Source: Camelus dromedarius (taxonomy: Eukaryota). From it: a stretch of DNA of 64,000 nucleotides. A program made the position numbers and the translations under genes. Positions within the stretch are counted from its first letter, which is position 1; the number at the start of each line of letters is the position of its first letter. Below are positions 42,600-54,752 of this stretch, piece after piece. Below the pieces are notes generated by a model. The model did not search any database. It worked only from the letters and a program-made list of their open reading frames with translations, and was not told the origin of the DNA. The DNA is taken from positions 28,522,001 to 28,586,000 of the forward strand of contig NC_087437.1 of assembly GCF_036321535.1 (NCBI RefSeq), in the 5' to 3' direction.

Positions 42600-43595
42600 G
42601 TGAGTAGAGACCTCAGCTCCATCCTTGTTAACAGTCAAAAAAGCAAAGTGAACAACTATATCTGATGACAGGCTATTCATTTATTAACCTTTTTTTTTTA
42701 TTTTTGCTGAAGATATGTTTGTTCAGGTATCCCAGACAATACATAATGACGTTACCATTCACAGCCGTGAGGGTAACTCCTCAGATGGTTCCAATTGCTC
42801 CCACCCATGGCCTAACTCTTAATATTCTGTCTTATTCTGGATATAGGGTTTCTGAAATTTCTGCTTTGTACAGAACACCTGTCTCCTTCTCGATTTAACG
42901 ATACTGCCATTTTCGGTCCTCTTATTTCTGTGTGCCATCTAATCAGCCATTGTTTTCCTTCGGTGTGTTCTTTTGCACATCAAGGCTCTTCTCTCCATAT
43001 ATCTTGCTTTTAACCATAACAAAATCTGGAACTGTTTGGGAGAACTGCTTCAACAAAATTGTTTTTAGGGTTAGCTCCACGATTTTGAACCGTGTACTAT
43101 GTAGATTATCTGAAATAATATCGTGGCATAAACAGAACTGTAAAACCAGAGAAGCTTGACTATGCCATTACGTAGAAGGCAGAAAGCAGCACTCCAGGAG
43201 TTAGAAATTGGATCATTTAGAACAGATACTAAACTCTATTCTTAAGGTAAATTTTAATGTGACCTAATAGCTGATTTTAATGAGTCCATTTTTGTTCTTT
43301 GCTTAGCTGTTTTAATGTTGTCCTTTTTCTACATAAATATATGACTTAATCATTAAAATAGTCATTGAAAGGAACACTGTGTGGTATTTCCTAGCACAGT
43401 AAAATAACCACGAGAGAGGTCTTGTCTGTGTTTGTTTACGGATACTTGAGCAAAAATACAGAAGGCAGACTCTCTCCTCCTCTCTTCCTTTCACTCTTTT
43501 TTTTTTTCTGTTAGAGTATCTTGTTTGTAATTAACTACAAAGAGGAGTTATCCTCCCAATAACAACTCAGTAGTGCCTTTATTGTGCATGCTTAG

Positions 43596-43767
43596 TCTTG
43601 TTATTCGTTGTATATGGCATTCCGATGATTTGTTTTTTTATTTGTTTTTTCTCACCTACCCAAAATGCACTGCTGCCCCCATGATGCACCTCTGCTTGCT
43701 GTTTATGTTAATGCGCTTGAACCCCACTGGCCCATTGCCATCATGTGCTCGCTGCCTGCTAATTAAG
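43596..43767 (+). promoter_or_regulatory. MBNL autoregulatory intron element: distant branch point, AG-exclusion zone and 10 YGCY motifs
   Basis: No AG from 43596 to 43765. TGAT at 43626-43629 is followed by a U tract. YGCY at 43671, 43674, 43693, 43697, 43714, 43736, 43746, 43750, 43753 and 43757. AAG acceptor. Confidence 0.9.
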
Positions 43768-43821
43768 ACTCAGTCGGCTGTCAAATCACTGAAGCGACCC
43801 CTCGAGGCAACCTTTGACCTG
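43768..43821 (+). CDS. MBNL1: MBNL1 54-nt cassette exon ('exon 5'; part of the nuclear localisation signal)
   Basis: Acceptor aattaag|ACT and donor CTG|gtacta. Translates TQSAVKSLKRPLEATFDL; frame-preserving. Confidence 0.97.
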
Positions 43822-44698
43822 GTACTATGACCTTTCACCTTTTAGCTTGGCATGTAGCTTTATTGTAGATACAAGTTTTTTTTTTAATCAATTTAAAAAT
43901 ATATATTCCTTTTTCTGTTATAAAGTTGTTAAGTACAATGAAAAAACTGAGTGTGGTTTCCTGACAAAATTAGTGGGAAGACTGTAATATAAGTACCTGG
44001 ACGGATATCATACAATGAAAGATTCCAAAAGCCCAGCAGCCCACATTCAGTTTAACTACATTGTAGAATGTTCTAATGGAATACTTGAAGGACATTAAAA
44101 ATGTATTTTTTTGACTGTATATTTATGTACCTGTTTGGTTAGCATGGCTTTAGTAATAGAAGTATTGACTTTCTGATATTTAGAGTTCAGTGTTTAAGAA
44201 AAAAAAAACTTGCATGCTCTGGGACATGTGCATGTTTAGGTAGAGGTGGGGGAGGAGCAGGGCGGGATCCGTTTTTATTTTACCTGTTCAGTCACTCCGT
44301 ACAATTAACTATTAACATCGCTTATACTTGTCGATCCTCATGGAGCGCGCAGTGCAGCTTTCCTTCTTTTCCCAAATCAGTGGCTTCTCACAGAAAGCCT
44401 GAAGCATTATGGGATGTAAAACACTGTAACGCATTATAACATGTGCTCTCGTACTAGTGGGTTTGTTCTTTTTTTTTTTTTTCCCCAGACAAAAATAATG
44501 CTTCCTTTAAAGCTTTGACCTTGCTTTTTTTTCCTTTACATTTTTGTTTATTGGATGTTTCCCCCCCTCCCTTGGGTAGTTAAGTGCTCTGCTGCTTGCT
44601 TGCTCATGCTTCCTAACAATGTTAGCCTTCAACTGATTTTTCTTTTTTCTTTTTCTCTTTTTACTGGTATTTGTTTTTTATACTCATTCACTAAACAG

Positions 44699-44852
44699 GG
44701 AATTCCTCAAGCTGTACTTCCCCCATTACCAAAGAGGCCTGCTCTTGAAAAAACCAACGGTGCCACCGCAGTCTTTAACACTGGTATTTTCCAATACCAA
44801 CAGGCTCTAGCCAACATGCAGTTACAGCAGCATACAGCGTTTCTCCCACCAG
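44699..44852 (+). CDS. MBNL1: MBNL1 154-nt exon, phase 0/1 (KRPALE motif)
   Basis: Acceptor ctaaacag|GGA and donor CCAG|gtaagg. Translates [51 protein letters not shown]. Confidence 0.98.
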
Positions 44853-47800
44853 GTAAGGGGCTGAGTTTGTCAATGAGTCCGATGATGCACGTAGAATCCT
44901 ACCATAGAGCAGATGCTCCTCGCCCCCAGTTTGTCGTTAGCTGTAGAGCAGGTGGAAGGTAAGAGGGTGAACAGTGGAGACTTGTCTGAGGTTATCTCCT
45001 GTGGTTTCCTTAAAACCTGAGAATTTTAGCGTAATGAAAGATGAATTAAAGATCAGTGGTGTTTCATATATTTATTTTTGTTTGTGTAATTTGCATTGAA
45101 ATGTAGTTCTCTTATTTTTTTTCTCTTTCCTCCACACTGTTCTATGTCTGTCAAGCTATTTTATGACCCTTTCCTGCTGTAAGACCCCTTTGCCTTCATG
45201 ATTCCATAGAGTTCATTTGAATGATATGAAATGACACTTTTCAGTTTTGATTTTTTATTTTTCAGCCTTTTCGTTTTCAAGGTGGAGAATAAAAAACTGA
45301 CTCTGTGTTCCAGAGCTCTTAAAAAGTGCTCTTATCGGCACCAATCAGTACAGCGCTTAAAATCATTGCTCCTGGACTAATACTGAACTAGCCCTAAGAG
45401 CCCAGTGAAGTTTACGTTTATTATTGAGTTATACCTTAGTGGTTTCAGTTGATTTCAACTTAGTCATATTAACACACTCTAGAACTATGCACAAGGATAT
45501 CCAATTTAAAAACATAAACTAATCAGTCATTCTAAGTACCTCTACATTTATCACTTTTGCTCACTCTTCATCAGAAAATACATATTAAACTCCCTGTAAT
45601 CTGGAATTCAACTAACCAGAGACTCTAACCCCATCTTCCTCTTTACCTCTTAATTTTTCTAAAAAATTACCATGTGTTAAGAGACTTATTTATTAAATAC
45701 ATTCTGTTTTATTAATTAAAAGTAATTTTATTTTATTAATTAAATTGATAAGTTTACAGTTAAGTATATAGGTCAAAGATCTGGCCCCATTAGTGTATTA
45801 TGCTACATTAATAATATTTATAATGCATTAGGTTCAAAATACCGTGAGGGAATGGGATCATTTGTTTTTGAATAATACAAGAATAAAATTATATTTGCAT
45901 TAGTTTTTACTGTTAAGCACAACTTTTTATACAGTGCATCTTTGAAAACTAGCCATCCATATGTAGACTGTGCTGTAAACATTCAATGAACTGGAATATT
46001 CCACTCATTGAAACAGCCTGTGCCCTCAGCACCACAGATAAAATGGTATTTGTACTCATGAAATAGTATCTATCAAGTTGTAGTTTGTCCATTTTAGAGT
46101 AGAAACTAAATCATTTTGATCGGTAGGGTATTTGTTGCCTTCTGAGGGAAAAGTCACATTTCTCTTACATTTTATGGTATTAAAGCTTTCTTCTCAATAA
46201 ATATAGTTTTTCAGAGATTTCCAGAAATGTGTCTTTTTGCATTAGTATAAATTGCCATGCCCCTACTTTTATGCTGTCCCCAACAATCAATCTATCAGTT
46301 TCTCAATAGTCAGAACGCTAGACAAAGTTTCAGAGGATTGTAGGTAACTACCATAATGTCTTTGAAGAAATTAAAAATTGTTTTTGTCCGTTTATTTCTC
46401 TAAATAAAACATTGCTGTTAGAAATGACAGTTTCCCTATTTAAAAATCTAAAAATAAAAACAAATCTAACTTCTTCCATACATTATTTAAAGAAACCTAA
46501 AATAATCTGTCTTATCAAATGGATTTTGCATTCGTTTCTCCAACAACATTCAAATGACTAAAGACTTTTCTAAGTGAGTATAATCATTAATTGCATGGTA
46601 TGTATGACTCTGACTTATAACAATAGGGTCTTCCCTAGAGTGATCTTTAGTCTGTGGATAGGGCAAAGCAAAAGATGCTAGGTAAGGATCAAGTCAGGGA
46701 AAAGCAATGAACAGTGAACACCTTCATAATTCAGAATCATGCTTAGCTCTCTGTTCTAGAAACTAAGCATTGTTAATTTAAATAAAATGTGCCACAATGT
46801 ATTGAAATACGCTGAACATTTTAAGATATATTTGCATTTTATGATAAATCTGCTTCAGAGATATTCTGTTCTTGATATTTATAGTCAATATGATACGAAA
46901 TTATTGCAATAGTAATATAAAATACCACTTATTTGCAACCCAGTTCTAAAGGACTTAAACTGCAGGTTAGCCTAGTAAAGGTCTCATAATCAGAAGTAGG
47001 TACTGCCTCCATCATTCCTTAAAAGTATTTTCATTGCCATAGGTACCTGTTTGGATAGCCCATCTACACTTCCGCCAAACCCAGAAAGGAAAGAAATCTA
47101 ATGCAGAGAATGTAAACCCAAATGCCTTAAGGGCCAGGGAGGAAACATAAACAAGTGAAGCAAGAAATCAGTGAGGAACTGTGGGACCTGGGAGGTACTG
47201 GAGAGCACAGGTCCAGTTCAAAGGGGCTGCTCAGTGTTCAGACTTAGCCTTTTGTTGCCTCAGAGGATTATCTGCCTGGCTGGTTGTACCTGTTGTGCAC
47301 TGCACACCCTTTGTGGCTCCACATACATCATAGTCTGCGAACAAGGGGTATTTGTGCCTATGCTTCCCAGGGTTGCTTATATACACACCTGTTCAACCTA
47401 ATGCAATGGCCCTGATGTCCAGTGTTGCCAGATCTTAGGATTTTTTTCCCTAGATATTCTGGATGTTTGGATGTTTATATGTGAAATTTCTCAATCTTCA
47501 AATGTTGTCAACTAATTTAATTTTTAATACCCTTTGAGAGCTATAGAAAATCCATCCTGCCACAAACTCATATGTAATCTCATGTGTAACACCTGGGGAA
47601 GAAGGAAGTTCATTCTCCAAAGTCTAGGTTATTCTGCAGACCTAGAAGAATTATATGATCAGAGCATCTTGTCTAACCACAATATTATAATTGGGAAATT
47701 ATATGCTGAAGGCTTTCTTGGAACAGAGAAGAAAATGGAAGTCATTTATTTTTTGCAGCTTAGAGTTTTAGAGTTCTGTAGTTTCTTGCTTCAATGATAA

Positions 47801-48007
47801 CTTCAAGGATATGCAGGTCTATTTCATTGAAGTTACAATGAAGCATGGTTGTCTAAATGCTTTGAGCAGGTAGCTATGTATACAGAGAGGGTTGTTGGCA
47901 AAAGATCAGAGTTCAGTGGCAAGCCAGCTGGCTAGCTAAGATAAATCAGTATATACCATAACTCTTATGAAAAAAAATTAGACTTATGCAGCATACACTC
48001 ATTGATT

Positions 48008-48235
48008 CGTCATCCATCTGTCCGTCCATGTATCTATCCATCTATCCATTTATCTATCCATTCTTCTAACCACCTATCTATTCTCTCTTTCCCTACCTCC
48101 TTCCCTTCCTTTCTTTTGTTCCTTCTCTGTTTTCTGTCCACCTTTCCACCTACTCATCCATTCGTCCATCTTGCCATTCACTCAGTCAACCCCATCTCAC
48201 TGCATCTACTCTCTCACTCCCTTCCCCCTCCCCCA
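48008..48235. repeat. Degenerate (TCCA/TCTA)n repeat and pyrimidine-rich low-complexity tract
   Basis: catccatctgtccgtccatgtatctatccatctatccatttatctatcca, followed by a C/T-rich run. Confidence 0.8.
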
Positions 48236-51200
48236 CCAAGGAAGTTTTCCAGACTTTTGTTTTTACACTCTCCATCTCATTTAAAAATAAATACAAGTAA
48301 TTTAGATTAAGTTCACATTGAAGAATTTTTTTTAGATATATAGCACTTTTTTTAACCTTCACCTTTTAAGACAAAATTTATTATTCATTATGCAGATAAT
48401 GAATAGATTATGCAGATTATGCATAATCTAGGGTCTCCTTATGTTGTAGGTATAAATGTCACCAATGAAATTAGAGTGTGTAAGAAAGATCACTTTTATT
48501 TATACCAGTTTATTTTCCTGAATTTAAAGTCCAGTGGTAAACTCTAGTTTCACTGTGATGGGTAGAAGTATCAGGCATTACTGGGATTCCAGGACAGCAT
48601 CCTCACATCTCCTCTTCCTTCCTGCTCCCCCTCAGAGCGAGGTCCTGTGCAGTCCAGTAGTCTCAGACAGGCTGCCCATTCTCCATTCTGGTCACGGCTG
48701 ATGTGATCATTGCCCATGTTTACGGGATGTCTGGGAGGCAGGCACTGCGGTGCTCCTGTGCCTGCCGTGGGTGCAGCACCCTTGCCTGCACCCCTCAGCC
48801 TCACAAGCAGCCCGTTTCCTTGAGAGCCTGCTGCCTGCAGGGCTGTCATCAGGGAGCAGACCACCTGCCAGCTACTGCGGGAGCCTGCAGACTGCCGGCC
48901 TCTTCTTCAGAGTCTGGAGGAATTTTTCTCTCTGCTCTCCTTCACTGTTTTTGCCTACCTGCCATCCTCAGAAGCACACCTCCCTTCTCTCCTCCTAGCA
49001 TGTTGCCATCAATTGGTGTAGGCTTAGGATTTTAAAAGATCTCAAAAGAAGTTTGCATTAAAAACAGCTTCAGCTTCACCTTGCATTGCAACACCACCAG
49101 AAATTAGGAAACCAAAGGTCAGGAAAGTTTCCTGAGGGGTTGGAGAGAGAGGGAGCTGCAGGAGAATGGGGTTATTTTAACAGAAAGAAAAGGAAACAAA
49201 GATTTCCAACTTACCGCTTTTATTATAATTAATGAAATTAGTGCAGACAGTGGACTTGAAACTTGGCATAGTGATTATACATCAGGCTTGGAAGTTTACA
49301 TCCAGCTCTCTCACAAGTTACAATCTCTCTGTAGTTTCATTTTTTTAATCTATAAAATGGAGATAATACTGGTAATTATTTCATAGAGTTATGTTTAAAT
49401 GAGTTTTAAACATAATTTGATAAAACATTCTCTAAAAAGAACTTTTATAGACAGGTCTGAAAATTTAGAATAAAGCCTGAAATATAGTAAGCACCAAGTT
49501 TTATTTGTTATTTCCTGAACTCAATAGTGCAATAAAATAGACTCCAATAGGTTGAATAGAAACAGAAATAAATTATATGAATCTGTTGCTTCTTTAGATA
49601 TCAAGTTGAGAATAATTCAATTGATTGTGAACTTTCAGTTTTAAATAATACAAATTATTTTTAGAGACACTTTAAATCAGTTTTATACTTCTATCATAAT
49701 ACACCTAAACAGGCTTACATTATCACATGTAAATTCAAACCGCCAACCAAATCTCTGTTATAACTCTTTCTTTCTACTTCCGTCCCTTCTCCTTGAACTA
49801 ATGTTAACCCATGCATACATCTCATACATTACCTTCCTAGTTACTTTTCCTGCATCTTCACACAGATTAATTTAAAAATCATGTAATTATTGCATTCCTC
49901 AGAAACACACCATTCTGCTGTGCAGGTATCTTCGTAGGGGAAATTTGACATTGGCAAATACATTCACTTAAATTTTGCCTTGTACTGAAAATTGAAGAAA
50001 AAAATTTAAATTGGCTATTTGTGTAATCATTATTAGTAAACCAACCCATTTGATATAAAGATGGATATTATGGTCATTTCAAAAGTGATTCTTGTTTGTG
50101 GTAAGTGGGTCCTACAGCATTATGTCTTCATATTTGTGAGTTACTGCACCCTGGCTAGTATTTTCATTGCTGCCTTATGTTTATTTGCTGCAAATCCCTT
50201 TCAAAACTGTGTGCATTGGTTATAATGGTAATGAGGAAGATAACTCAAACTGAAATTCAAAGCATAAAAGCCCCAGGGTTTTAGAGAGATAGGATAAGGT
50301 TAACTCATTTTCAGCATGTGCAGCCTTAATTATGCATGGGATGAAATACAGCAGGCAAATTGCAGCATAACAATAAATAATAAATTTAAAACATAACCTG
50401 TACACTATTTAAAATGAGTATTCCTTAAAATCCACATCATTCTTTTCTGTTCATCTTCTCATCCTCTCTTTCCCAGCTTTCCCACCCCATTATTAGAGGA
50501 TAATGATTTCATAGGATCTAGAGTATTAAATTTTGCTCACTCTACTGTCTCAAATTACTGTCTTTGTTACTACTGGCTTGTTTTTGTTGTCTTTTCACAA
50601 TTCTTTGACTCAGTAGTGGTAGCAAATGACAGAGATCTTCAAGTGCCTTAAATACTGCCTATCAGTGTAACAATACTCCACCTGAGAGGTTGCCGCCCCA
50701 GCTCCTTTGCCGGGTCTAATCGCTGATCGTTGTGCACACAGTCTAATTGTGATTACAGTCTAATTGCAGCTGTTACAAGGATGCCAGTTAAGGAATCCGT
50801 ACTTCTCCATGGCAGCTTTGTTTTGTCGGGCCATCTCTGACAAGACTCAATTGGCAGATATTTTTCTAGCAAATGTTCATCCCAGATGCTGCTAGTATTT
50901 AAATAGGAGGCGCCAAGATTTAGATAGAAATACAAAATCATTTGATATTTTAAAACCTAGAAGTCTAAAATAATCTCATAGAAAGAACAGTAATTCAGTA
51001 TGTGGGAAAATGCCCTGTACTTGGTAAAATATGTTAGATTTTTCAATGTTTATATGTTAAAGAGAGCAGGGACTATATCTGTAATATTTATTTTAACATC
51101 ATGGTGGAGCCATTGTGAAACATCAGTGCTAACACCCCATATGCAATGTATGTATCTTCATTATCTCCCATTCAGGATTTTTTATTGAAGTCTAATTAAC

Positions 51201-52014
51201 CATTTTTTGAATGTGAAATCTTGTAGAACACTTGCTATTCCAAGAAGTCCTGAGGGTCTAAACCAGCAATGAAAACCAATCTGTTTTTCCTAGATACCAA
51301 CTACGTAAGCCAATTAGAGTCTCCTAAGAAAGTGTCCCCCATCTAAATGTTTTCCTTACATTTAAATTCCAAAGTAAGGCAATGCAGAAGTTTCACTTTA
51401 TCTTCATGTATAATTTATTGCTTGGTATCCCTCCAAATAAAATTCCTGTAGGGATGATGACAGCCCCTTCCATGTCTGTGTGGTTGCTCCTACAATGAAC
51501 AGGGAACTTAATAAAACCAAGGGAATGAAAATGAAAGTGTTTTGGTTTCATTACATTGTTAAGTCAGTTTTGTGCCTTGAATTATTTAGCTTCTTAATGA
51601 TAAATTTCTCTAATTATTTAACATGTGCTCAATTCATATGTTAAAGTCAGAAATAGCAAAGCTACCAGATGGCTAGTAACCAGATTAAAACAAAACAAAT
51701 TGCAATATTATTTTTAAAAGAATTAAGCAGGTTGCAATTTTTTTCAGAATACTTTTATTTATAGGCAGCCATTAGGAGAAACAAAGTGTACCAGCACACA
51801 GTTAAACTGGCTTTTATTCTTCACTTGAGACTAGTTCTAATTGAGCACTGTGCTATTGTATGATTTGATTGTGCTGACAGTTACATGCCACTGTTCCCAT
51901 AATAACAATTTTTCTTCTTTGTTCAAATGAATTTCCTAATTACACGTGTGATGGGATGTTTTAATTCTTTTCCCTTTTCAAATCCACCTTCCTGTTGCAA
52001 TGCATGATGGGCAG

Positions 52015-52050
52015 GCTCAATATTGTGCATGACACCCGCTACAAGTGTTG
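52015..52050 (+). CDS. MBNL1: MBNL1 36-nt cassette exon ('exon 7', implicated in dimerisation), phase 1/1
   Basis: Acceptor gatgggcag|GC and donor GTTG|gtaggt. Translates (G)SILCMTPATSV. Confidence 0.95.
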
Positions 52051-52745
52051 GTAGGTGCCAGCTTTGTTTCTTGATTATCTTAAACCTATGGTGCACCTCA
52101 CAGCCCCTCAAAATCCACTGCTAAGTTTAACTTATATCTATTGGGCAAGTCCATTTCCCTTTTACTAACACCTGTCAATTAAATGCCATTTTCTATTTAA
52201 TTGACATGGACTCACATAAATGTTTCTTTACACACAAGTTTCCTTTAGTCACCTTTGGTGGATTTTGATTGGACTATGAGTTCTGGTGTTAAAAAAAAAA
52301 AAAAGAAATTATCTCATAACAGTAATATGTTGTATATTTTTATAATAGCAAATAAGAAAACATACTTTCATTCAAACAGATAATTGTATATATGAAGTAA
52401 ATACCTGTATTTTGACTTAGATTTTGAATGTCTGACTATGAACACTATATAAAATTCTTGTTTTTGACTTAGCAAATTAAGCCTGTTTGTGTCAATTTTC
52501 TTGATTTGATGGTAACAAGCTTTTTTTCCCCTTTTTTTTTTCTCTTTCATCCCCCTTCCCCTTCTCTCCTTGGAATGTTGTCCTGCTTTGCGCTGTGATT
52601 GCATGTCACTCGCTGGTGATGATGTCCCGTCACATGGCTTATTGCTGTGATAAATACCATGCCAAATTATCTCCTCCATGTTGCCATGGTTTCCATATTG
52701 CTACACTCTTCTGTATGTTTGCTTATATGATTTTCCCTCCGAAAG

Positions 52746-52840
52746 TTCCCATGGTGCACGGTGCTACGCCAGCCACTGTGTCCGCAGCAACAACATCTGC
52801 CACAAGTGTTCCCTTCGCTGCAACAGCCACAGCCAACCAG
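52746..52840 (+). CDS. MBNL1: MBNL1 95-nt cassette exon, phase 1/0
   Basis: Acceptor ccctccgaaag|TT and donor CAG|gtttgc. Translates (V)[31 protein letters not shown]. Confidence 0.97.
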
Positions 52841-54752
52841 GTTTGCTAATTTACAGCTTTGTTTCTTAAAAACCGACTCTTAATAGGGCTCAGTCCAACA
52901 GCCCTTACGCACGTGGATTTCCCATTGAGGTCAGTGGGAATCGTGTGTCCGTGAGGGCTGTCGAGGGTGCTTTAATAGCATGGGGTTTCAAAGATACCTC
53001 TTGTTGGCCTACACATTCTCTCTACGATGAGCAGCAGAATGCTTTTATGCCATTTATAAGTGCTCCAGAGTTGTCGCAGCTCCATTTCTAAAGCTACTAA
53101 AATGATATTTACACGAGCAATTCTCATTTGGTCTCAAAAAAATCACCCATGTATTTTTACCAATCAAAAATATGTAGTGCAGTTTATATAGATGTTGAAC
53201 TATAAAGCCGTACACCTGAAACTTATTGAATAAAAACAGTAATTGTAAAAATATTGGTGATTTGAAAGTTTTCATTATAAACATTTGATATATACAGTTT
53301 CTCAGTTCTTGCCTAAATTGTTAATAAAAAGCAAAATATTTTAATGTGTGACATATGCCACAAATGACCACTCTTGTAAATAGAGTTTGTTTTAAATTCA
53401 TGATTGTTTTATTCAATAAGCAGATTGCATATTGGAAGTAAATTTTTGTCCAAGTTTTGATTCTCAGTGATTCAAGTAACAAAGTAAAATTCCTAAGGGC
53501 TCTTATTTCTATAACTACTCAGCATAAACGTTGGAGGGTTATGAAGGATAAAAAAGGCATCAGATACGGCAAACCAAGTTGTTCTGTGCTCCATACAAGT
53601 GTATGGAGTAACAGGTACATAGGATTATTTTTTAAGTAAAAGGGATCTGTTTCAGAAATCTAAATTTTATGATGGGATTATTCCAAAGAAAATGATTCAA
53701 ATATTTAAATTTTAAAATTTACATGGATTGAGCCAGCATATTCTGATCCTATTTAAAAATTATGTTCCAGCAAATGCTGGTTGAATCAAAGTCACATTTA
53801 TGTAAAGTAGGTTTTGATTTGAATATATTGACATGTTTGTTATGAAAGCAAAGTTCAATAAGGTTAACAGCATCCAAAAAAAAAAAAAATCTAGAGCCAA
53901 ATCAAATTTCAGATAACCCTCAGACCAGGGTTAAACATAGCCAAATGAATCTAAAAAGAGCCAGTTTCAGATGGGAATCAACGTGTCGCCCCTTGGGAAG
54001 AGAAGACCGATTGATTACGTGCCATCTGAATTTGCAGTTACTGCTGTAAGGAGTAGCCACCCTTGTTTCTGCAATACCCCATGTGCTGTTGAAGAAGGAC
54101 TATAAGTGATTAGTATAGCCATTAAAAACTCTCAAAAGCAGCATGCCAAAATGGATGTATTTTAAAGTTTCAGACAAGCTTTAAACACTTCTTGGCAAAG
54201 AATCATTAGTTTTTCCGAAGCTTGTCAAAATAGCCCTGGATTTATGCTAACACTTCAGACTCATTTACAAGAATGCTAGCTTGTGCATATGTGGCATGTT
54301 AGTGAGTAATCTGTGGCAGAAATTTCTTAATGGGTTCAGTGCAGTCCGTTTATGGTGCAGATCAATGATGCTGAACTCATCTTGAGTGTACGTACCATGT
54401 ATGACTATAGAATTGCTGGTGTAAGCGGAACTACAGCAAAGCAAATTTCAACATGCCCTTGGCCACCTGGGTTGTAGGGGACACTTTACTTTTTGCATTG
54501 TGCTGTGACCATTTCATGCATAATCTTGGGTCTTCATACTGTTTTACAACCAAAAGAAAGAAAAGGGAATGGATATATATATACACACATATATTATATC
54601 TACATATACATACATATGTATATGCCCACAGTACATTAGCAATGCTGGAAATAGCTGATGCCACAAAATGCAGCCTGCATGCATGCAGAAGTTTATAGCT
54701 GGCCCTTCATCTGCATCGATTGGTGTTGAAGGTCCTTGGTATGTTTCGACAG

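Noticed and set aside
42327..42680. 117-aa antisense ORF (also 32261..32452 and 22166..22357)
   Set aside because: These are shadows of MBNL1 coding exons on the opposite strand.
48002..48310. 102-aa His/Pro/Ser/Leu-rich ORF
   Set aside because: It is a translation of the (TCCA)n and pyrimidine low-complexity tract.
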